NCBI GenBank assembly: GCA_030390025.1
Contig: CM059432.1
Coordinates: 116,562,001-116,626,000 of the forward strand
Source: Squalus acanthias
Taxonomy: Eukaryota
Reading direction: 5' to 3'
DNA length: 64,000 nt
This document shows, piece by piece, positions 12,623-25,109 of this stretch (position 1 is its first letter; every line of letters begins with the position of its first letter). The notes under the pieces were generated by a model. That model saw only the letters and a program-made list of their open reading frames with translations, searched no databases and was not told the origin of the DNA. Both the position numbers and the translations under genes were made by a program.

Positions 12623-13367
12623 GGCCCGAAAATTAGACCTAATACGCGAGAGTAGCACTGTGTACTCTCGCGTTTTAGGTCTCCAATTGCCGGTTTTCAG
12701 CATGCACTGCGCATGCGCGGGAAACCGGCACTTCGTGAACTCAAAAGGGGGTGGTTCCTAAGTGAACCGCGTGCGCGCTACAGGCTGCGCGCACGCAGTG
12801 CACTTAGTGCTTTGAACGCGCAGGTAAGCATGGAAGATTTTACACATAAAGAAAGGAGGCGTAAGACCCTCTTTAAACAAGGTAAGTAGTTAATTAAGTA
12901 TTTTAAATTTTTTTCAACAGGTTTATCTTTTTTAGAGACTTTAAAGAAAGGTAAGTTTATTTTTATAACTTTTAAAAAGATTTTAAATTTTTTCAAAAAT
13001 TTAAATTTTTGTTTAAAGTGGTTAATTTATTTAAATATAGTTATTTTATTAATGTGATTTTTTTTTTATTTAATTGAGGTTTAGCTGTTCTTTTGGGGGT
13101 AAGTTGTATTCATAGCTTTGACAGTTGTCCTGTCAAAACTATGAATGAAAGATGGTGTGCTGCCATTGGCTCTAACTGAATCACGTGATCCCACAGCTCG
13201 CACGAACTAACTGCGTCTGTGGGTCACGCAAGCACTGCACAGCTGCATGTGGGACTGGCCTTGAAACTAAAGTTCGTGTGAGCCCGGAGGGAAAAGGTAG
13301 GCGCGCAGTGAGATATCGCGGGGAAGCCTTACCCCCGCAGGAACGCTCCGTGTTTAATTTCTGGGCC
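12623..13367. mobile_element. Hairpin-rich MITE, copy 2
   Basis: TIRs (t)ggcccgaaaatt / aatttctgggcc(a) with taa/tta flanks; full-length similarity to 4049-4790. Confidence 0.8.
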
Positions 13368-13829
13368 ATTAAGTCTGCAAAAGTAAACGTACTTCAGAGA
13401 CTGGCTAGTTTCTATGGACCTATTTTGTCAGCTCAATTTTGAAAGATGTTGAAAACGGAATGTTCTTTAGACAATTTGTATTTTGCATAGACTTCAGTTA
13501 CTGAAGAAATCCAGTTCCACGTTCCTTTTTTTTTGCATTCCTAGATATGGAGAGGGGTGAATGATTTAATTTTTATAAATTACACCCATCCTGAATGTTT
13601 TGGGATAAAGGGACTGGGAGATATCCCAATGGAAGTTTTCCTAGTAGGTTACATCAAACATATTGTACTGCATATTTAAAAAAAAAAGTAGAATTTTGGT
13701 GATAAAGGTTAAGGGAAACAAAACCATAACTGCCTAAACAGTTCCGAAAGATTGTCTACGTCCTTTTATGGGAGGAGGAAAAGGAGAGCATTTTCTGCAC
13801 TTCAGTGATTCCATATTTAGCCTCTTGCC

Positions 13830-14163
13830 ACACCACAAGGTCCCACAAACAACAATGAGATGCATGCCCAGGTAATCGTTTTTTGATTTTGGTTGAGGGA
13901 TAAGTATTGGTCATGATACCGGGAGAACTCCCCTGCTCATATTTGAATAGTCCCATGAGATCTTTTATGTCCACCTGAAAGGGAAGATAAGACCTTGGTT
14001 TAACGTCTGATCCGAAAGACAGCACCTCCGACAGTGCAGCTCTCCCTCAGCACTGCACTGGAGTGTCAGCCTAGATTGTTGTGCTCAAGCCCCTGGGGTG
14101 GGATTTGAACCCACAACCTTCTGACTCGGAGGCGAGAGCGCTACCCACTGAGCCACGGCTGAT
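13830..14163 (-). mobile_element. Deu-domain SINE (5' and core part)
   Basis: Reverse complement of the tRNA head (gccgtggctcagtgggtagc) and Deu core. Confidence 0.8.
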
Positions 14164-15999
14164 GAGGTTTAATTTGAGGTTTCATCATTCATTTCTTTAT
14201 ACCAATGCAATGAAGTATGAATATTTTTTCATTTATCATGATTTAAGACCTTTTGAAAAGTGTGCAGATAGCTGCAGATGTGGATAAATCTAAAAGGAGA
14301 TCGTGTGTTTGGTGAAGAATCGGTTAATTGTCCTATGAGAAGAAGAATTTTTTTTTTGTCCAGCTTCAATAACCTAAACCTTTGACAATGCAACAGAGGC
14401 CAATGTGATCCTTGCTACTGGCCTTGTGTTGATGCATGTGTATCTTGTGGCTTTAAAATATACATTGTTTTAATCGTTACCTTCTAGTGGGAGGGTAGAA
14501 CAGAAGAACATTTGGATGTTGCCAGTGCTTCTCCTTGGCTGACCTGCCAGACAGCTTATTCTTGAGCAGGAAGGAAAAGCGAGGTCCCACACACGAGCAA
14601 GACCTCCTGGAAATCCCCAGTTTAAATCCCACTTCAGTCTTGGCATTGAAATAAGAAACCGAAGGTGCTTGAAATATATGGCGTGTTGATACATATCTGA
14701 GATAGAAAGATGGTCTAGTGCCAGCTGTGGCTCAGTGGGTAGCACACATGCCTCTGTTGTACAGGGTAGTGAAATATGTATTTTGGAAAATGAGTAATGA
14801 GTGATTTTCATATTTTAACACCCTATGCCTGTATGAGTTGAATAATAGATTCCCCCCCCCCCCCCCCCATTTTACAGCCTTTAAGATCAGAAAATGCCAT
14901 CGGTTTCTATTCTTGGCTTCCATTTGGAGATGAAGTAAATTTGTAAAGTCTGTGCAGGGACACATTTAACTTGATTCATTAGACAGTCAGTTCAATGGCT
15001 TTTACTCATTTCACTTATTCTCTAATTGTGGTGTTCTAGTAGATCGAAGTTCAGACCCCTTTGTCTAGGTTAAAAATTAATCTTTCTTTCCTTATTCCAA
15101 ATGCAGTGTACAGGAGAGCAGAAGCTGTGTCATGCTGGTTTAGTCAGTATGCATGTAACAGTTGTTATCTCCTTATGAAATCATGCTACAGGTCATTATG
15201 CTGGGCTCCAGCAACTTTAACATAAACTTATTCTAAAGCACTTGCACATTTTAAAAGCTAGTTATTTTATATAGCCTTTATTAATTTTTTGCTTTCACAA
15301 TAATCCCCAATTGGTCACATCTTGCTCTAGAAGCACAGTAGGGTCAAATGTTTGTATAGCGTTCCACCTTTGTGTAAATCCTTTGTATAAATTGACCAGA
15401 AAGTTACATGTTCTCTCTTCACCGATGTGTCAGTAGTCTTGCATGTATGAAGTTGGAATGAGACTTTAAATAAAACCAAATCCATGTAGTTATACTCTCA
15501 TTCAGCAGATTTGAATTTCACAAGATGACTTCAGATGAAGGATGTCTTTGAGACTATTAGACCTCATTCTTCCAGAATACCAATCCTACTATCTTCCCAC
15601 TGCAACATCTAGCTGTTTCTTAAATGAGTGGAATGTCCTGATCTTGACCACCATGTTCAGATTTATACTTCTAATGTGCATTATTGTGAAAGCAAAAAAT
15701 TGGGGAAAAAATAATTAGCTGTTAAAAGAATTCATAAATGGATTGAGCTTATTTTAAAGGTGGTAGAGTGCAGCATGATGACCTATAGCATGATTACTAA
15801 GGAAATAACATGCACGCTTTTGTGCGTACAGTTTAAAATATTGCTGCTTTTATTTTTTATTTTGCAGTATTAACCACATGCAATTGAGGGAGACAAAAGC
15901 AGCCATAAGCGTAGCCAAGAGATGGCATTTAATTTGGATAACTATAGTGTCATGCATGTTGGTAGGGCCAACACAGAATACACTATCATTCGCAGGGAG

Positions 16000-16720
16000 C
16001 AATAGTGAAAGAGGTTGCGAGAGAAAACGATCTAGTTGTTGTTGTGCACAGATCACTGAAGGTCCAGGACCAATGTAGAGAAGCTGTAGAACCATTCAAT
16101 ACAAATCAAAGGACACCATTTTGTTACTATACAGGTTGCTGGTCAGACTGTATCTGGAGTACTGTGCCCAGTTTTGATCCCCCCACATGGTCCAGAGAGC
16201 TATGAGTATTATTCTGAGCTTAGTAAAGGTCCAGAGGAGAGCTATGAGAATTATTCTGAGCTTAAGGAACCTTAGCTACTTAGGCTTAATGACCTGGGTC
16301 TATTTTTTTAAGAGCAGCGTAGACTTAGAGACGACCCGATAGAGGTCTATAAAATAATGAAAGCGCTGGAGAACGTGCCTATTGATAGATTATTCCAGTT
16401 TAACAGATTGGGATGGACTAGAGGACATGAGTCTAAACTATGCAAGAGTTGGAATAGACTGGACGTTAGGCGGTTCTTCCAGAGAGCAGTGAGCCTCTAG
16501 AATACGTTGGCGGCTGGTTAACTTCTGCATGCCTTCAAGAGGGAGCTTGACTGCGGCAGAGATCGCATCATATAGAAGGTAAGTGGCTTTAAAGATAACA
16601 CATGGGCCATGTGATCTCCTGGACTAATGTCAATCACCTGAGGTGTTCAGAGAGGAATTTTCCAGAGTATTTTTTCCCTTATTGCCTTTAGGTTTTTCTG
16701 GTTTTTTTTGCCTCTCCCAG
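16000..16720 (+). mobile_element. Degenerate CR1 LINE 3' fragment
   Basis: Remnants of LEYCAQF and LEQRRLRDD.IEVYKIM motifs. Confidence 0.65.
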
Positions 16721-17454
16721 GAGATGACATGGCGGCAGGAGGTGGGGTGGGAAGAGTGGACTGTCTAGTTCTGATGTGTCGAGCCATGACCAGACCTCGA
16801 GTCCCGAGACCACCTCCTGTAGTCTTAAAAGCCACATTCCCAGTCATTGTGAGGAACGGACTTGAGGCTGTTTTAGTGCTTTAGATCGTTTTAAGATCAT
16901 TATTGAATGCTGAAGGATTGATTTTTGAATCCGTTCTGATGTTTGCATTTGCCTTGTTATGGTGCAGAGTACTGTACCAGGAAAGGTTACCAGAGTACCA
17001 CTGATTTTGGAATGCTGAGTAATCGTCCTTGAGTAAACATTGATTTGTACATCAGTGGGAAGAACTTTGGACTTTTTTTATTAGGATGTTTTAGATTTCA
17101 GCTGGGATGTTCTGTGTGCTCGGTCTCACGTTTCAAATGTTATTTCTGATAGTTAAGCTTTGAGTGAAGGGTAGCTCTTATCTAGGTTTCCTGATTAAAT
17201 ATTTGCTGCTTTAGCTAGAAAGTTTTATTTGTTTATTGCTCTTTCACTTATTCACCTGAGCTCTGAAAGATGTTTAAATTTTGTTGCAAAAGTGATGAAA
17301 CTTTCCACATAATTGCTCTGAACTGCTGGTTTTCAAAGTGTCTGTGTTTGGATTATACAGTTTTAATTACATTGAATTCCATTTTTGTGTGGGTTGTAGT
17401 ATTTTCCTGAGAATTTTTTAAATTGCATTTGAAAAAACAACTCGTGTTTGTGCA

Positions 17455-17590
17455 GTTCATGACGTCATGACATCGACTTGAAACATTAACTCTGTTTCTC
17501 TCGCCACAGACGCTGCCTGACATGCTGAGTATTTCCAGCATTTTCTGTTTTTATTTCAGATTTCCAGCATCTGCAGTATTTTGCTTTTGT
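17455..17590 (+). mobile_element. Degenerate Penelope-like pLTR fragment
   Basis: Reverse-complement match to 6368-6498; hammerhead core decayed. Confidence 0.7.
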
Positions 17591-17699
17591 TTAGTGTTTT
17601 CTAAATGACCTTTTTGTAATTCTCCCCTTTTTTTTATTTACTGACCATAGTACTTTTTAACTTGGTGCATGCACCTTTTAACCAAGAGGTAGGGGCCAC

Positions 17700-17833
17700 C
17701 AGTGTTCCCTTTAAGGCGCAGCTCTCTGGACCTGCTCTAATGGGGAAAACCGCGCATGTGCAGTATTTTGAATGGGCTGAGCAGCCCCTTAAAGGCGCCG
17801 CATAGCCAAAAAAAGAAATTAACGGGAACCTTG
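17700..17833. mobile_element. 134-bp hAT-type MITE
   Basis: TIRs cagtgttccc / gggaaccttg; perfect 8-bp TSD ggggccac (17692-17699, 17834-17841). Confidence 0.85.
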
Positions 17834-18451
17834 GGGGCCACCCGTATAATTATCTCATTCTTTTTGAGTCCCAAAACTGAAGACTTGATCACTTTTTTTT
17901 TTTCAAAATTTTTCATGTTCTTTCAAACTCCAAGAATGCAAAAATTCTGACAATTATGGATTGCCCCTGTAATTAAATTTTAGTGCATGTTGAAATAGTT
18001 TGTCTTCGGCTGGACAATTTTGTCTTCGGCTGCAAAGTGCCACCCTCCTGTCACCCTGTCCTCTTCAAGTTTCACTGGCTCCCTTTTCCTGGGACGTTGA
18101 CTTCCAGATCCTCCATGGCCACACCCTATCTTACTGATTTTCCTATAACCTTATGTGCCCACGTGTACTTGGCTATTCCTTGTTCCCCCCCCCATCATCA
18201 TTGGTGTCAGCCTGTTTATAGTCACCATGTTCTTGCCTTCTGGAGATCCCTCCTCATCATTATCTTCTCCTCCCTGCTTTGAAACATTTACCCCAAAACC
18301 TTTGTTTCTGCTCTCACCCCCTCTATTTTCCTTATCATCTCCTCCCAGATGTCCAATATTTTTGCTCCTTTGATATACAGTGCTTTGAGATGTCTTCCTG
18401 TGTGTGAGATGCATTATAGAAATGCAAGTTATTGAGCTGCCAGGCTTTGCT

Positions 18452-19368
18452 TGTGAAGGAATAAGCCATATAACCTATTCAAAAAAATACACAATTCTAT
18501 GAAAGAATTCTGGCCTTATTAAAACATGACAAGCTGGGTTTGGAAATCTAGAAACCTAACTATGAAAAAGCTGTGAAAGCATTCTGGCTATAGAGATAAG
18601 ATAGTTGTTGACCCTGAATCAATAACCTTATTGAAACAGAAGGTTAAAGGCTCCGGCAGGCTGAACCTTTCGGAATGAAACAATGGTTCACCCTGGACAA
18701 GGTGTTCTAATTTACACTTCGTAAAGAAGCACATAAAAGTAAGAAACATCTGCCTTCGTAAAAATGACATAGTAAAAAACACACCTGCCGTAACACCGTT
18801 TTTTTATGGTAAACTTAGAACACCTAGAGAACAGACATAATTCTGTAATGCTACCAGCTGAGGTGACTGTAAGAATTGCAGGGGTCAGCAGAAAAATGAC
18901 TAGAGATAATTAGCTTACATCAGCAGAAAACCTTAAAGGGAATACCACTGGAAAAGGGTATAAATATTGAACTCTCAAATGGGATAGTAGACTCGCTTTA
19001 AAGGGGCAAAGTGATTCTTGGCTTCAGAGGCGGCTCTAAGTCTCCAACTCTTTGTACCTCGGTATTTGATTTTGGTGGATATCCTGAATAGAACTTTAAG
19101 AACTGTAAAACTGTAGTGAAGTTAAGATCGGAGAGTAAGGTTCTCTGATAATAGGATTGTAAGCTTTCTCTTTTTGGAACTGTTGATGTTGTGATTGACT
19201 CACCAACTGTAAATGACATGTCGGTTCTTTAATAAATCTATATATTTTTAGAATTGTCTCAAGACTTCTGTATCAAACTCGCAAACTCAATTTCTGTACA
19301 CTCTTTGGTGAGGAGTTGCAGAATTCTGGGGGAGTTTTCCAGACCCTCATAATATCCGGAATGTTACA
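18452..19368 (+). mobile_element. Possible solo LTR
   Basis: TG...CA ends, TATAAA at about 18958, AATAAA at 19231; no clean TSD found and left boundary uncertain. Confidence 0.4.
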
Positions 19369-19477
19369 GTCTAGCTAAACTTATTAAAAGTGCTATCTGA
19401 AGGACGGTAACATTTTCAGGTTGTTCCTTTCCTTTAGGGGGAGATAGTCAAACCTTTCTGGGGAGCATGCCCCTGAC

Positions 19478-19629
19478 CAGCGTTCTCTTTAAACTGCGCG
19501 GCCCCGTAGCGATCTGCAGGTCCCGCGCGGGCCGCTCAATGCCGTTCTGGAAAAAACGGCGCAGTGCGCGGTGATTTGAATAGGCTGCGCAGCCCCTTAA
19601 AAGGGGCCGCACTCCTCAAAAAAACATTG
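19478..19629. mobile_element. 152-bp hAT-type MITE related to 17700-17833
   Basis: Ends cagcgtt / aacattg; 8-bp TSD cccctgac / cccatgac (1 mismatch); shares gcagccccttaaa..gg.gccgca with the 17.7-kb copy. Confidence 0.75.
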
Positions 19630-20400
19630 CCCATGACCCTTCTCTCTTCCCACATCCCTCTTTAGAAATGTGCCACCAATTTTAATATCTTCAACTGTTA
19701 GATTTGCCCTTCAGGCTTTCACGCACGAGTAAAGAATTTTGAGGAAGGACCCTGCCTGAAACATTGGCCGGGAATTTCCTCTGAGCTGCTCCCGTTCCAG
19801 CCATCGTAAGTGCGGCAGAAACCCTGTTTACATAAACAGGCTCTCCACTGCACTTTAGGGAGCAGCTCCAAGGACATTCCTGGCCATTGGCCTGCCATTT
19901 CCCTTTGACGTGGCCCGCTTTGTGTTTCCAGCAATTACTTTGTATTTAAGAGTGAAGGAATGTTGAATATCCCTACAGCTTAAATTACAAAGCCTGTGTG
20001 ACTGATTGTTTCACATGTAATAGGGTTTATACTGAGGGCGGGCGGGGGCGGTGCGGGTGACTGCTGGAATCAGCACGAGTTAATACCTCCAGGAGTGGAT
20101 GGGAAGGGGAAAAATTGAGGTGATCAAATAAATAAAAAGCCAAGAAAAATAAATGGAACAAATCTCCTGAGAATATATATTTTTAAATGTTTCTCACTTT
20201 ATTTCTCATACTTTCGTGCTCTTTTTCCCCTGTTTTTTAAAAAAAAGCTTTATTTCTCCTCCCGGTGCGTTGGTGCTCTGTTTTACAATATTGCTCTCTC
20301 ACTGGTTTGTAGAAAGTGTGTGAGTGAAGCTTAGTTTGACTTATTTTCTGATTGCTTTCTTCCCTGTCCATTAACAGTCTAAATTTCGCAGACAGATTTA

Positions 20401-21090
20401 GGCTTAGAAATTCATTGACGCTGCCCCTGTTTTACAGGCGTAAAACAGGCACCTAAGTGGGCAATTTAACGGGCAGTTTGTGTGCACACATTCCGTGCCG
20501 GAAGTGCGCCACCCACCATATTGGTATAGGCATACAGGGCCCTTGCTTGAAACGGGCATTGGGCTTTTCCGTATATAAATAGGAAGCCTAGTGCTTGTTA
20601 CAGGACCCCTTCCTGAACTTGGGCTGCCCTGAACGCAGCTGGGGCCAGACTTTCTGGGTTCAGGATAACCATGTCTACATGTGGCCTAACCAGCGGTTCT
20701 TAAAGGGACTGCTGGCAACTGCCACCAAAAAGGCGAGCCTAAAAAGCATATAAGTACCTGAATGTGGAGCTGGGAGGAGCAGGAGTGCTCCTACTTGCTC
20801 AACAGGTGTTCTGAAGACCGTTACTGGGCCCCATTCGCTCCACCCCCTCCCTCTCAATCACCTTCCCTCTCCCATTCCCCCCCACCTCCCCCCAACAGGA
20901 TCTACCTGCTGGCAACAGCCCGAAATCTACACCCGTCTGCCTGCTGCGAGTCCCCAGGCAGCTCACTGGTTGAATTTTATATGCGGCCCGAGGCCCGATT
21001 TCAATCAGGCCTTGGGCCTACCCACTCCGGTACAGGCATCATGCCCGGTGCCCAGTTCACGCTGGAAGGCTGGTGCTATCCAATATCACC
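20401..21090. mobile_element. Probable Harbinger-type MITE
   Basis: Starts ggcttagaaatt like the other TIRs; GC-rich island in AT-rich intron with a short hairpin (gttttac...gtaaaac); right TIR poor. Confidence 0.45.
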
Positions 21091-21467
21091 CTCTTGGGTT
21101 TCTAGTTATGAACAAAAAGAAAAATATATCGTTGCAGTGCTTGTATCTTATTTTATGTTTAAATTTGAGAGAATTCTTTTCTTATAGCCTTATCCCCCTT
21201 GTTTAAAATCTGGTTTACTGGCATGCATCTTAATACAGTATTCCCACTTGCAAAAATATTTTGTTCACTGGTTGTAATTGCTATGGACTCTATCTTGTCT
21301 TTTGCAATCCATTGTTGGTGCTAATTTATTTCCTGCTATATTTTTTTGGCCAAATCAGTTTTGTGATTGGGAATAATTCCTATAAACAATAATGCACTGC
21401 CATAGATTGTGATGAGAGATAACCGAGGGCATACTGATCCTGTACCTCATGATGTCACAGTCAGACT

Positions 21468-21817
21468 GAAAGAAAGACTTGCATTTATATAGCGCCTTTC
21501 ACGACCACCGGACGTCTCCAAGTGCTTTACAGCCAATGAAGTACTTTTGGAGTGTAGTCACTGTTGTAAGGTGGGAAACACGGCAGCCAATTTGCGCACA
21601 GCAAGCTCCCACAAACAGCAATGTGATAATGACCAGATAATCTGGGGTTTTTTTGTTATGTGGATTGAGGGATAAATATTGGCCAGAACATTGGAGATAA
21701 TTCCCCTGCTCTTCTTTGAAATAGTACCGTGGGATCTTTTACGTCCACCTGAGAGCAGACGGGACCTCGGTTTCACGTCTCATCCGAAAAACGGCACCTC
21801 GAACAGTGCAGCACTGA
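21468..21817 (-). mobile_element. Deu-domain SINE (core and tail)
   Basis: High similarity to 1278-1692 and to the reverse complement of 26479-26920. Confidence 0.85.
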
Positions 21818-22510
21818 GGCAAAAATAACTTTGAAAATATGCTACAGAAGACTGCCAAGGGCCTCTAACTATCAAAATGTTGGATCTCCTCAAATAATAC
21901 AAATTGGTAGATATTTCTGCTAGGTTTAAACAGACCCAATCTTGTAGAACTTATCAATCTTTGACTAAAGCTGAAAGTGATTCTGTATATTGATTTGTTT
22001 TAAATTCACTTCGGATTTATTTTTGACCACCTGCGCACATCGTCCAGTGGTAAGATTTTACAAAATCCTCCTTTTTGGAAAAGTGGCATCACATTAAATA
22101 TTGCAATCAACCAACTTAGAGCAATTCCACAGGAACATCTTAATGAGCATCAAGTTGGAAATCCATTTGCAGAAGGATTAGGTTGGGAGGGTTGAGCAGT
22201 GGTATTCTACTAGTGTGCCGGGAATTTACCGTGAAACCAGGGAAGGAACAAGTCGAGGATTTCTCCCAAGTGAAAGGACAGAGTAGTTCACGGACACTTC
22301 TTCTGTGACTGTGAGATGTGTCCAGTGATCACCACAGACTCCAAAGGAATTTGAGGAATAAATGGGGAACTGCAAATACAAGGAAGAGTTTATTTTTAAG
22401 TTGGGGGGGATGTTCCTCCTACATATTCTGCATTTTTAGATGCAAGTGCATGTGGAAATAGTACTGCTTTCTTCAATTTAAATTGCTAGCCCTGAATCTT
22501 TGTCTTGCAG

Positions 22511-22639
22511 CATCCAGGTGGAGAAGAAGTGCTGAAGGAGCAAGCAGGAGGTGATGGTACAGAAGCCTTTGCTGATGTTGGACATTCTTCTGATGCCCAA
22601 GAAATGACCAAAAAATATCTCATAGGAGAACTTCATCCT
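22511..22639 (+). CDS. CYB5A: Cytochrome b5 type A, coding exon 2 ([43 protein letters not shown]), heme-binding core
   Basis: Acceptor tgtcttgcag and donor gtaagt; 129 nt, phase 0/0; HPGG and GHS motifs supply both axial histidines (His43, His67). Confidence 0.97.
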
Positions 22640-22729
22640 GTAAGTCCTATAATCTCTATTAGATTTGTAGCACTTCTCTAATTCTGTTTTTTTAAAAGAT
22701 CACAAGGTCATTGACCCATCTTAATTAAA

Positions 22730-23285
22730 CAAAACAATTTATATTTATGTAGCACTTTTAAAGTAGAAGAATGTCCAGAGGCATGAAGAAGAAGAACACC
22801 GATGTCAAGCCAAAGAGAGAGAGAGAGAAATTAGGAGGGATGACTGAAAGCTTGGTCAGAGGTGGATTTTAAAGAGGGCCTTAATGGAGGAGAGGGAAGT
22901 AGAGGTGGAGAAGCTTCAGTAGGGAGTCCCAGAATGAATGACCTAGGCACCTGAAGGAACGGCCACTATTGATGGGGCAAAGGCAGGTGGGCTGTGCAGG
23001 AGGCCAAAGTCTCGGGAACGGAGAGTTTGGGAAGTGGGGTTGTTGGAACTGGAGGAGATTACAGAAATGGGTAGAGGTGAGACTATGGATAATTTAAAGG
23101 TAGAGGTGAGAATTTTAAATTTGAGGAATTGTGGGACGAGGAGCCCACTTAGCTCAGCAAGGACAGGTGTGATGGGTGAGCGAGACTTGATGTGGCAAAG
23201 TACGGGCAGCAGAAGTTTGGTGAGCTTGTTTATGGAGAGGGACAGATGGGAGTCCAGCCAGGGGAACATTGGAATCTGGAAATGA
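22730..23285 (-). mobile_element. L2 LINE 3' fragment
   Basis: Minus-strand peptide SRSPITPVLAEL.GLLVPQ.LKFKIL; L2 3' tail. Confidence 0.75.
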
Positions 23286-23566
23286 CTCAAAGATGCGAAA
23301 GAGGGTTTCAACTATGCTTTCTTTCTCTAGAACATTAGCTTTTTTTATCATGGCATATCATTTTGAACAATTCCACTATTTTTGCCTCTCTTACACTATT
23401 TGGTAGATTATTCCATTTATCACTGAGTAGAGGAATTTTTTCCAGATATCTATTCTAAATTTACTTTCCACTAATTTCTATTCATGTTCTCTGGTTTTAT
23501 TTCCTTGGTATACTTCAAAATAATAATCTGGGTTTACCTTATTTATACCATTTGATATTTTATGTA

Positions 23567-24266
23567 CAGTCCCCACCACTTAAAACATCCACGTTTAAAA
23601 TGGACCGTCACTTATAACGGCCGATACCCATTAGCCATTTGCATTAACATCAATTTCAAAGTTGCCGATTGACCTTGTAGCATCTTAATTCCTCTGTTTA
23701 TTTCTGGCACAAACAGCTGTGCTTACTCCTCTGTGATATTATGAGTGAAGTTTAAATGGTTGTCCTGCTCCTCCAGTTGCCAGGGTGAGGTTGGTGCTGC
23801 GGAGCACGAGCTCCTTGATCAGGTCTCTGGTGCAGCAGTAAGGAGATTTGTTCACCGCATCAAGCTGGACTTCAAAGTTGCCTTGTAACAGGTATTTCAC
23901 GATGGCCAAAGTGCCAGCAAAAATGGTGAGGTGCATGGCCAGCCCCACGTTGTGAATATCTACGGCAATATAGCTCTGCACCTGTACCTCGGCTGTTTCA
24001 TTCTGTTCATCATTGTGTAGAATCGCCTTTAGTAGAAATAAGGGGTGCTGTTGCTGTTCCTTGGGGCTTGTTACAATGGCAAACTGGATGTTGCCAAAGA
24101 ACTCCTCCACTATCGGGGACAGAGAGCTTGACAAAGGAAAACATCTTCAGTGAAACCTCTTTCCACATAGGATACCTGTAACAAGAGTACCACATTATAC
24201 CGCCCATTGCGTTTAACAGGCAAATCACATTCACACGAATGCACCCAATAGAAACGGTGGGGACTG
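23567..24266. mobile_element. 700-bp non-autonomous TIR element (Tc1/mariner/pogo-type) carrying a captured gene fragment
   Basis: Perfect 11-bp TIR cagtccccacc / ggtggggactg, with TA on both sides (23565-66, 24267-68); no transposase. Confidence 0.8.
23784..24170 (+). pseudogene. TNNI3K: Scrambled TNNI3K-like ankyrin-repeat gene fragment
   Basis: + strand [15 protein letters not shown] (23940-23983) and [33 protein letters not shown] (24065-24166, 1-nt frameshift); minus strand HFCWHFGH/IVKYLLQGNFEVQ (23864-23942). These match my recollection of vertebrate TNNI3K [61 protein letters not shown]. Confidence 0.8.
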
Positions 24267-25109
24267 TACTTCAATCTTCTTTCATATATCAGCTTGGAAA
24301 GCAGCATAAAATATCGACGTACAAGTTCATCATCTACTCTATGGCCTCTGGTGATGGGGAGCGTATAAAAAGACTTGCATTTCTATAGCGCCTTTCATGA
24401 CTCAGGACATTCCAAAGCGCTTTACAACCAATGAAGTACTTTTGAAGTGTACCGTTGTTGTAATGTAGGAAATTGTTTTGTTCTGACTGCTAACCAGAAG
24501 GGATTTCCAGACTTAAGGCAGCATCTTGGGAGCTCCTGGAGATCTTCAGTAATAGGCAGTTCTGAGTTTGCTATAGGGCCTGATTATTGCTACTTCTCTT
24601 CCGAGAGGTAGTGGCAAGATATGTGCGAGGACAGGGAGCCAGACTATACTTCGCTGAGGTCTCCCCTTAACCCCTTTATTTTATACTGTTTAAACTTTTC
24701 TAAGCTTTCCTTGTAGCCTATCCTATTTACACTTGGGATCAGTCTTGTTCCTTTTCTGAATTCTTCTAATGGAAGCATCTCTTTTAAATATGGTGGGATG
24801 GTCAAATCTGAACGCAATATTCTCAATACAGTCTGCCTAGTGCATTATAAAGCCTTAGTATAACTTCTGCCGATTTCTATGTGGTAATTCTGTGGTCGGG
24901 CACTCCCAGCGTGGAGCGGCGCTCACAGGGAGCACTGATATAAAAAAAAATCACCAGCCTGCAGCCTTTGATTTTCTGTTCATTAATTTAAACGAATGGA
25001 AACTCAAGGTATGTGGGCCTGCAATTTTGCAAGCATTGTTCCCTGCAAGCTGCACTCCTCACTGGCAGCATTCAGTCGGAGAATTGTTACAATTGTTACA
25101 ACATAACGT

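Noticed and set aside
16190..16266. Tandem duplication of about 40 bp
   Set aside because: A local duplication inside a dead CR1 fragment with no sign of function.
23739..24134. 131-aa minus-strand ORF as a standalone gene
   Set aside because: Only IVKYLLQGNFEVQ is homologous (the inverted TNNI3K piece); the rest is antisense to the captured fragment.
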